IMG/VR virus record: IMGVR_UViG_3300037423_002049
Coordinates: 1 to 41,196 of that record
Strand: one strand, 5' to 3'
Source: a virus
Lineage: Duplodnaviria; Caudoviricetes
DNA length: 41,196 bases
Shown here: piece by piece, positions 35,423 to 41,196 of the stretch
How positions within the stretch are numbered: the stretch's first letter is position 1
Layout of the letters: each line of letters opens with the position of its first letter
Translations under genes and position numbers: made by a program
The notes under the pieces: generated by a model
Seen by the model: the letters and a program-made list of their open reading frames with translations, nothing else
Database searches by the model: none
What the model was told of the DNA's origin: nothing

Positions 35423-36322
35423 GTGCTGCCGCTCCTGACCGGCCTGGCGCTGCAGGCGGAGCGGCCGCAGCTCATCGTTCCAGAGCGCAAGGCGCTTATC
35501 AGTGCGCCCTCGCTCATCCTGCCCGAGCGGCGCGCGAAAATCGAATGCCCCGAGGTCATCGGGATGTTTCCTTTCCCCTCGCCGCTGATGGGGCAGGCGG
35601 TCGCCGGCGGCGGAACGCCAGCAACATTCGTCGGGTCAAAAACCTTCACCTTCGCCAGCACCAGCGCCACGGCCTGTTCGCTCACCGATTTGCTGACCAA
35701 CACGGGCACGACCGCGACCCTGCTGCAAAACGATTTCGTGCTGGTGGTCATCGACACCAACACGCCGAGCGCGCCGGATATAACTTTCACGCCGCCAGCG
35801 GGGTGGACGCAGGAATGCGACCTTTACCAGGCCGACACCTCAGCGGTGAACATGGCTGTGTGGTCGAAATTCATGGGTGCTTCGCCCGATAGTTCGGTGC
35901 TGATTCAGGGCGCCAACGCGGCCCTGCAGGCGGTGTGCGTCACGGTGCACGCCTTCCGCGGCGTCAATACCACCACACCGCGGGATGTCGCCAACGTCAC
36001 TGCGGTCGGTCAGAATGACGGCAAGCCCAATCCTGGGGCAATCACTCCGGTCACCGCGGGCGCGCTCATCTATGTGGCAGGAGCGGCTGCCGTGGGCGGC
36101 TCAGGGGTCGGCGGGGTGTTCACCAATCCCGGCGACCTCAATTCGGGCACCAACGAATTTGCTTCAGCCTACCGCTCGGCGACCTCTCAATCTGGCGTTT
36201 CAGGCGCCGGTTTCGTTGCGTGGAACGGGGCGGGCGCTTTCGATCCGGCCACGTGGGGCGGCGGGCGCACCAACACCGCTTGCTCCTGGGCGGCGCTGAC
36301 GATGGCCCTGAGGCCGGCATAG
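35423..36322 (+). CDS. Putative tail fibre-associated beta-rich protein (start uncertain; alternative 35563)
   Basis: Thr/Gly/Ala-rich; PAGWT...HAFRGV...ALRPA; follows the tail tip gene. Confidence 0.65.
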   Translation: MLPLLTGLALQAERPQLIVPERKALISAPSLILPERRAKIECPEVIGMFPFPSPLMGQAVAGGGTPATFVGSKTFTFASTSATACSLTDLLTNTGTTATLLQNDFVLVVIDTNTPSAPDITFTPPAGWTQECDLYQADTSAVNMAVWSKFMGASPDSSVLIQGANAALQAVCVTVHAFRGVNTTTPRDVANVTAVGQNDGKPNPGAITPVTAGALIYVAGAAAVGGSGVGGVFTNPGDLNSGTNEFASAYRSATSQSGVSGAGFVAWNGAGAFDPATWGGGRTNTACSWAALTMALRPA

Positions 36323-37215
36323 CGCCTCAGCAGCGGCCGCAAGGCCATGATCGGGCGTTCGACCAGCCAATGGGCGGTAAGGCCGGTGCCGATGCCGGCG
36401 GCGATCGCCGGCAGCCAATGGCGACCGAGGATCTCAACCGGGATGAAATGGAAAAGGTAAATCGAATAAGAGGCATCGCCGAGCATCACGAGCGGGGCGA
36501 GGGTGCGGCCAGCAAAGCGCGGCTCGAGCGCTCTTGCGCCATAGACGATGAGCGCCGCCGGCACGCCCCACGCGACCAGGCGCAGATAAGCACCAGCGCC
36601 GATGAGCTCGTTATAATAGGTTTGAGGAGCGGCGGCGAACCACAGCAAGCCGGCGAGGATGAGGGCGCCGCCGTAGCGCGAAGGCCTTAGCAGGGCGATG
36701 CCGACCCCGGCGAGAAATTCGAGGATCAACGGGCTTCCGAGATAGGCGAGGAGGTCATTCCTCGGCCCGATGATGAGGCAGGCGAAGAACAGGCCGAGCG
36801 GCACTAGCGCTCGCGTGGCGAGCCCCAGGGTGAACGCCCAATAAAACAGCATTTCAAAGCACAGGGTCCACCCGAGGAGCAACGCCGGGCTGTAAAACTG
36901 GCCGTGCCAAATCGGCCATAGGGTGAGGCTGGCCAGCGTGGTCGGGCGATCGGGGTGACCGAGCAGGAACCACGGCGAAACGGCGATCAGCCACAGCGGG
37001 AAAATGCGCCACAACCGATCGGCGATGAACGCGCCGGGCGATCGCCCGAGGCCGATGGTCGCCATGATGAAACCGGAAATGACGAAAAAGAGGTCAACCC
37101 CGGCGGCACCAACGCGGACGAAACTGTTGGGGTCGACCGAACGATAGGCGTGGTGAACGACAACAGCTGACGCGGCGATGCCGCGGAGCACCTGAATCGA
37201 CCTGAGCTTGCGCAT
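36187..37215 (-). CDS. Acyltransferase family 3 (OafA/Oac-like) moron
   Basis: IQVLRGIAA, GVDLFFVISGFIM, RLWRIFP, WTLCFEMLFY, LGDASYSIYLFH, VERP; multi-TM; antisense to the late operon. Confidence 0.92.
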   Translation of the reverse strand: MRKLRSIQVLRGIAASAVVVHHAYRSVDPNSFVRVGAAGVDLFFVISGFIMATIGLGRSPGAFIADRLWRIFPLWLIAVSPWFLLGHPDRPTTLASLTLWPIWHGQFYSPALLLGWTLCFEMLFYWAFTLGLATRALVPLGLFFACLIIGPRNDLLAYLGSPLILEFLAGVGIALLRPSRYGGALILAGLLWFAAAPQTYYNELIGAGAYLRLVAWGVPAALIVYGARALEPRFAGRTLAPLVMLGDASYSIYLFHFIPVEILGRHWLPAIAAGIGTGLTAHWLVERPIMALRPLLRRYAGLRAIVSAAQEQAVLVRPPPHVAGSKAPAPFHATKPAPETPD

Positions 37216-37221
37216 TCTGTC

Positions 37222-37302
37222 CTAGCGCGCCCGCGCCTTGAAGATGAGCACTCCGAGCGCGGCCGACGCCACGAAGACGATGAAAACGACAAGCAGGCGC
37301 AA
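37222..37302 (-). CDS. 26-aa single-TM micro-protein (MRLLVVFIVFVASAALGVLIFKARAR), not in ORF track
   Basis: GAGGAGG SD (37313-37307), TTG start, stop 6 nt before the acyltransferase ATG. Confidence 0.55.
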   Translation of the reverse strand: MRLLVVFIVFVASAALGVLIFKARAR

Positions 37303-37331
37303 AACCCCTCCTCACCCGAGCGGAGGGCAAT

Positions 37332-37347
37332 TTAACGCATGTTTAAC
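37332..37347 (+). promoter_or_regulatory. CtrA box
   Basis: TTAA-CGCATGT-TTAAC, an exact TTAA-N7-TTAAC match, intergenic between the moron and the lysis cassette. Confidence 0.7.
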
Positions 37348-37376
37348 ACAAACGCCAGTTGCAGGAGTAAGCGCGG

Positions 37377-37799
37377 ATGGCCGACCCGAGCGCCGGCGAG
37401 GTCGGCGGCGTTTTTGCCGGAGCTATCGGGCTGCTGGTCGCGATTGGTCATGGCGTGCGGTGGTGGCTCGGGTGGAGCGATCGCCGGGCGCTGCGGCGCA
37501 GCGCCAAGCTCGACGCGTGGCAGCGCGAGCTGCAGGACCGCGAGGCGCGGTTTGAGGCGCAGCAGGCGGAACATTGGCAGCGCATCGAGCTCGAGCTCGC
37601 CAAGCTCAGGCGCGAGCATGCAGCGCTGCTCGGCGGCTATCAGCTGATCGCGGCCGCGCTCCGCCTGGTTGACCCGGAAAGTGACGCGCTGCGGCGCGCC
37701 GATGAGCTGCTGCGCTCGGCCTTCCTGGTCGAGCCGCTGATGCCGCCTGACATGGTCGCGACCATGCAGCGCATCAGGCGCAGCGACGAGACCGACTGA
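37377..37799 (+). CDS. N-terminal TM + coiled-coil protein (holin/antiholin candidate)
   Basis: AGGAG SD; directly upstream of the endolysin. Confidence 0.7.
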   Translation: MADPSAGEVGGVFAGAIGLLVAIGHGVRWWLGWSDRRALRRSAKLDAWQRELQDREARFEAQQAEHWQRIELELAKLRREHAALLGGYQLIAAALRLVDPESDALRRADELLRSAFLVEPLMPPDMVATMQRIRRSDETD

Positions 37800-37821
37800 C
37801 CCACCAGAAAGGAAAAATCCC

Positions 37822-38367
37822 ATGTTCGCCATTTGGCTGGCCGAGGCGCTGCGCGCCGGCGGTTGCACCGTCAATGAGCTCGCAGGTTGGCAGGCGCGAG
37901 GCCGCCCCGGAGCATTTGGCCCTGTCTGCGGAGTGCTGTGTCACCATACAGCCGGGCCGCTCAAGGGCAACGCTCCGTCGCTCAGCACCATTGTCGAGGG
38001 GCGCGCCGATTTGCCCGGCCCGCTATCGCACCTCCACCTCGCGCGCGATGGGGTGTTCACGCTGATCGCCGCCGGGCGCTGCAATCATGCCGGCGCTGGT
38101 CTCTGGCGCGGAATCACCGCCGGCAATTCCAGCTTTATCGGCATCGAGGCGGAGAATGCCGGCACCGCCGCCGATCCTTGGCCCGAGGTGCAGCTCGAGG
38201 CCTATGCCCGCGGCTGCGCCGCGATTCTCGGCCACATCCACGCGCCCGTCGAAATGTGCGTCGGACATAAGGAATATGCGCTGCCGCACGGCCGCAAAAT
38301 CGACCCATCGTTCGACATGGCGGCATTCAGGGAACGGGTGGCCAAATTCATGGCTGCAGCCGGATGA
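37822..38367 (+). CDS. Endolysin, N-acetylmuramoyl-L-alanine amidase (Amidase_2)
   Basis: CHHTAG, NHAG, GIEAEN, GHKE, KIDP. Confidence 0.92.
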   Translation: MFAIWLAEALRAGGCTVNELAGWQARGRPGAFGPVCGVLCHHTAGPLKGNAPSLSTIVEGRADLPGPLSHLHLARDGVFTLIAAGRCNHAGAGLWRGITAGNSSFIGIEAENAGTAADPWPEVQLEAYARGCAAILGHIHAPVEMCVGHKEYALPHGRKIDPSFDMAAFRERVAKFMAAAG

Positions 38368-38897
38368 GCGGCTTCCATTGGCTGCTGCTGGCGGCGATCG
38401 CCGCGGGTGCAGCCGGCGGCCTGTTCCTCGCCTGGCACTGGCGCAAGGCGGTGCCGGCGTTCCCGCCGCTGCCGCAGTGGACATGGCGCAACATCATCGC
38501 CCTCATTGCCCTCGTCGCCACCATCGTCGGTGCCGCGATCCTCACCTCGCTCGCTTGGTGGCTGCTCGACCAACTGCTGCTGCTCGCCAAGGCGCTGATT
38601 GCCGAGCTGGTGCGCGATCGCAACGCCAGGCCCGAGGTGGGCACGGCGCTCACCGCGATCATTGAGGGTGTCATGTGGGGCCTCAAGCTGGTGCTCGGCG
38701 GGGTCATCGTGGTGCTCTTGAGCCTCGGCATCGCCATCACGCCGCGCAAGGTCAAAGTCGACCGCACCGGTGCCGAATTGAGCGGCGGCGATGTGCCCGA
38801 AACGCCGGCGGAGGCTGCGCAGTCGGTCGCCGGCGCGGCCGCGGAGCGCGCCGGGGAAATCGCCGAAAAAACGCTGCCGCCGAGCAGCATTGCCTGA
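38364..38897 (+). CDS. Three-TM protein (holin candidate)
   Basis: Three hydrophobic segments and a charged C-tail; ATGA coupling to the endolysin. Confidence 0.7.
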   Translation: MSGFHWLLLAAIAAGAAGGLFLAWHWRKAVPAFPPLPQWTWRNIIALIALVATIVGAAILTSLAWWLLDQLLLLAKALIAELVRDRNARPEVGTALTAIIEGVMWGLKLVLGGVIVVLLSLGIAITPRKVKVDRTGAELSGGDVPETPAEAAQSVAGAAAERAGEIAEKTLPPSSIA

Positions 38898-38910
38898 GGA
38901 GGCTAAACAC

Positions 38911-39114
38911 ATGCCAAGTAAACAAAGCAGCAGCGCGGCGTCGAGCCTCGCCGCCAAGGTGCTCCGCATGACCCCGACGCCGACCTGGTCGGCCACGGCG
39001 GCGGGCCTCGATTCGCGCGATTTCGTGCTCAAGTCGGCTTATGACCAGCTCCTCGACGACGCCAAGACGCTGGCGGCATCGGTGCTGTCTCAGGATGAGC
39101 GGAAGGGGCAATGA
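38911..39114 (+). CDS. Small hypothetical protein (MPSKQSS...KTLAASVLSQ)
   Basis: GAGGAGG SD; ATGA coupling to the next gene. Confidence 0.7.
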   Translation: MPSKQSSSAASSLAAKVLRMTPTPTWSATAAGLDSRDFVLKSAYDQLLDDAKTLAASVLSQDERKGQ

Positions 39115-39299
39115 AGGGGCTGGCGTTCGTTGCGGCTGCCCTGGTGCTGCTGTTCGGCGGCCTTGAGATCCTCGACGCGGCTCAGCCGCCGCTACTTATA
39201 GAAGCGGTGCCCGCCGGCGTTTCGCTTTGCCCTCGAGTGGGGCCCAACCCCTGCGCAAGCATCAACTGCCGGCGCATCGACACTAGGAGGATAGCCTGA
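39111..39299 (+). CDS. Small secreted/membrane protein with three Cys
   Basis: Signal-like N-terminus; coupled on both sides. Confidence 0.6.
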   Translation: MKGLAFVAAALVLLFGGLEILDAAQPPLLIEAVPAGVSLCPRVGPNPCASINCRRIDTRRIA

Positions 39300-39682
39300 T
39301 GTTCGCAGGTCTCTCGTTGGCCAATCTCGCGCTCAAATTGGGCGTTACGCAGCGCGCGCTGAAAGTCGGGCTCATCGCCGGCGCCGTCATCCTGCTGGTC
39401 ATCGGTGTCGGGGTCGCCAAATGCGCCTATGACCGGAGCATCATCGAAACCCATGACGCCAGGCAGTCGGCCGCGAACGCGACGGCCGACCGCAAGGCCG
39501 ACGCGGGCGCAGCCGTGCAGCGCCGCGCCGACGATTCGCGGCTCGCCCAGGAAACCCAACAGCTCGGAAAGGTCCAAGCCAATGCGCAATCTGATGTTGA
39601 CCGCCGCCTTGCTCGCCATCGCTGCCTGCGGCAGCAGCAGGCTGCCCGCGCCAGCGGCCGCGAGCCACCCGCCTGCACTTGA
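39299..39682 (+). CDS. Inner-membrane spanin (Rz-like)
   Basis: N-terminal TM, Ala/Gln helical periplasmic part, Cys near the C-terminus. Confidence 0.75.
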   Translation: MFAGLSLANLALKLGVTQRALKVGLIAGAVILLVIGVGVAKCAYDRSIIETHDARQSAANATADRKADAGAAVQRRADDSRLAQETQQLGKVQANAQSDVDRRLARHRCLRQQQAARASGREPPACT

Positions 39683-39926
39683 CCTCGTGTGCCAGGCGGA
39701 GCCGCCTGCGCTGACCGACGAGCAGGTGATTGCCGACACTGACGGCGCGGCCGATCGCGCGTTCAACGACCAGGTGCTGATCGCCGGGCGTTCGTGCCGT
39801 GATGCGCTCAGGCGCGTGTGCCAATGGCACAAGGCGCGCGGCGCCAAGGAGCTCAATTGCGAGGTCGGTGCGATGTCGCCGCGCGAGCTCCGGCGCCTTG
39901 CCGGAGAGCTGCATTTGCGGGTTTAG
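39582..39926 (+). CDS. Outer-membrane spanin lipoprotein (Rz1-like)
   Basis: MRNLMLTAALLAIAA-C lipobox; Pro-rich; overlaps Rz in the +1 frame. Confidence 0.78.
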   Translation: MRNLMLTAALLAIAACGSSRLPAPAAASHPPALDLVCQAEPPALTDEQVIADTDGAADRAFNDQVLIAGRSCRDALRRVCQWHKARGAKELNCEVGAMSPRELRRLAGELHLRV

Positions 39927-40136
39927 CGGTTTGTCACTTTGGCGATGCTTCTCTCGGGAGCAGACGGAGCGAACCGCCGGGCAAAAGTGACAAAAGTGGC
40001 GGATTTCTGCCGATGTTGAATGATTTGCAGTCCTCTGCGTAACCACTCCGCCATCGGGCCTTTCGGCAGTTTTCCGCGCTTTTTTGACTATCGCCCCCAA
40101 AAGTTTGTCAGTTCGATCCGGGCGGTTTGTCACTTT
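39926..40136. mobile_element. attP: attP: four arm-type sites flanking a tRNA-Cys-derived core
   Basis: TTTGTCA(C/G)TT at 39926-39940, 39984-39994 (inverted), 40103-40113 and 40122-40136; non-coding region. Confidence 0.85.
40022..40060 (-). pseudogene. 5' half of tRNA-Cys(GCA) (attP identity block)
   Basis: Minus strand GGCCCGA TG GCGGAGTGGTTACGC A GAGGA CTGCAAA TC: 5' acceptor strand, D arm and anticodon loop GCA, after which tRNA structure is lost. Confidence 0.88.
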
Positions 40137-40219
40137 CTCCATTGGTTCGCGGTTCGTTGCCGCGCTCCATGTGGCCGATTGAGCGGCCGCGTTCAACCGC
40201 CAATCTCAAGGAAGTCACC

Positions 40220-40432
40220 ATGCACCACAGCATCACCGTGGCCGACCTGCTGCGCGCCCTCGGCGCCATCGCCGCCCTCGGCCTCCTCGGGTTCGGCGCG
40301 CTCGCCTGGTTTGCCGGCGGCATGTCCGACAACGGCGAGGCCGGCGCCCAGGCCGGGCGCACCGGCTGCATCATGGGCGTTGCCGGCATCGTGCTGCTGG
40401 TCGCCGCATTGTGGGGCTGCAGCGGCCGCTGA
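40220..40432 (+). CDS. Small two-TM protein beside attP
   Basis: AAGGA SD; two hydrophobic helices. Confidence 0.65.
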   Translation: MHHSITVADLLRALGAIAALGLLGFGALAWFAGGMSDNGEAGAQAGRTGCIMGVAGIVLLVAALWGCSGR

Positions 40433-40435
40433 GCG

Positions 40436-40627
40436 CTACTGGCGCGGGGGTTTCAGGCGAGGCTCGACCGCGACAGCCGGGCAATAGTCGCAGACGAAGC
40501 GCCGTTGGGGCCAGTGGGGCATCGTGATTTCGATCCAGCCATGCTCTCCGACGGCGTCCCGATAGGGCGCCGGACAGCGGTTCCCATGCTCGGCGCGTGT
40601 CAGCTTATTAGCCGGTCGGTCGGTCAT
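40436..40627 (-). CDS. Small hypothetical protein (C...H...CDYC)
   Basis: ATGA coupling; last gene of the leftward operon. Confidence 0.6.
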   Translation of the reverse strand: MTDRPANKLTRAEHGNRCPAPYRDAVGEHGWIEITMPHWPQRRFVCDYCPAVAVEPRLKPPRQ

Positions 40628-40860
40628 GGGGCGGGTTTCCTCGGCAGCCGCACCGGCTCGACCTCAAGGATGACCGCTTTGCCATCCTCGCCGATCGGCG
40701 GACAATGCGCTTCGATCCAAGCGGCGGCCTCGGCCTCGGTGTCGAACGGTCCCGCGACCTCGCCATTTTCATCCTCAACGAACCATGCGCTGCCGATTTC
40801 ATCCCAAGCGGGATGCATGCCGCGAGGCGCATTCGTTCGGTCGGTCATGGGGCGGGTTTC
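40616..40860. repeat. 24-bp perfect direct repeat (40616-40639, 40837-40860) bracketing one gene
   Basis: TCGGTCGGTCATGGGGCGGGTTTC occurs twice; each copy contains a start codon (MTDR). Confidence 0.9.
40624..40848 (-). CDS. Small hypothetical protein (AGPFDTEAEA motif)
   Basis: WFVEDENGEVAGPFDTEAEAAAW. Confidence 0.7.
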   Translation of the reverse strand: MTDRTNAPRGMHPAWDEIGSAWFVEDENGEVAGPFDTEAEAAAWIEAHCPPIGEDGKAVILEVEPVRLPRKPAP

Positions 40861-41101
40861 ACAGCAGCATCAGGGCGAGCAGCAGCCCGGCCACGAACAT
40901 CAGGGCGAATTGGCACCGCAGCCGCCGGCGCTCATCCTCAGCACGGCGCTCGAGCTCGGCCTGGACCGCCTCGGCGGCGCCGATCCGCTCGAGCACGGCC
41001 TGCAGCCGTGCCATCGCGGCGGCAAATTCCTCTGCAGTGACGCCGATGCGCAGCGACCGCGGCCGCTCAGGCCGCGGCGGCGGGGCCCAGGGCGCGCTCA
41101 C
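40859..41101 (-). CDS. Small protein with C-terminal TM
   Basis: GTG at 41101 overlaps the TGA of the 29..211 gene across the circular junction. Confidence 0.65.
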   Translation of the reverse strand: MSAPWAPPPRPERPRSLRIGVTAEEFAAAMARLQAVLERIGAAEAVQAELERRAEDERRRLRCQFALMFVAGLLLALMLL

Positions 41102-41196
41102 AGTCCGAGATCCTCGCGCAGGCGGCGCCAGTGGCGCGCCTCGATGCTGTCGAGCATCGCCTCGCGCGCCGCGCAATCCTCAGGGCTGTCGAGGCG
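41070..41196. repeat. 127-bp terminal direct repeat (copy 2)
   Basis: Identical to 1-127. Confidence 0.95.

Noticed and set aside
31826-36322. Diversity-generating retroelement or invertible tail-fibre switch
   Set aside because: No reverse transcriptase, invertase or duplicated template/variable region seen
40022-40060. Functional phage tRNA gene
   Set aside because: Lacks the 3' anticodon stem, T arm and 3' acceptor strand

Overview
The window is a complete, circularly assembled temperate siphovirus genome. Positions 1-127 equal 41070-41196, so the unique length is 41,069 bp. The host is almost certainly an alphaproteobacterium (GapR-like and DUF6362-like genes, a perfect CtrA box, an alphaproteobacterial-type tRNA-Cys attP). 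Layout: (a) a leftward early/accessory operon with micro-ORFs, a C5 methyltransferase, MazG, xis and a tyrosine integrase; (b) a lambda-like cI/cro/cII switch with a 16-bp operator; (c) a replication module with a phage-encoded DnaN clamp, two more methyltransferases, primase, GapR, a P4/D5 helicase and an iteron-rich ori candidate; (d) HK97-type head and long-tail genes; (e) an antisense acyltransferase moron; (f) a lysis cassette and attP. The most striking observations follow. (1) The C5 methyltransferase is split over two fully overlapping same-strand frames, each translationally coupled to a neighbour. The second frame carries WPT repeats and motif IX and ends in the clamp-binding motif QLGLF. 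With QPSLF on a second MTase and the phage's own dnaN, this suggests a clamp-tethered, replication-coupled methylation system. (2) Three promoters (cI, int, and an antisense transcript behind cro) share identical operator-to--10 spacing, suggesting the repressor directly activates int. (3) attP carries the 5' half, not the usual 3' half, of tRNA-Cys. All functional calls come from motifs read by eye; no database searches were run.
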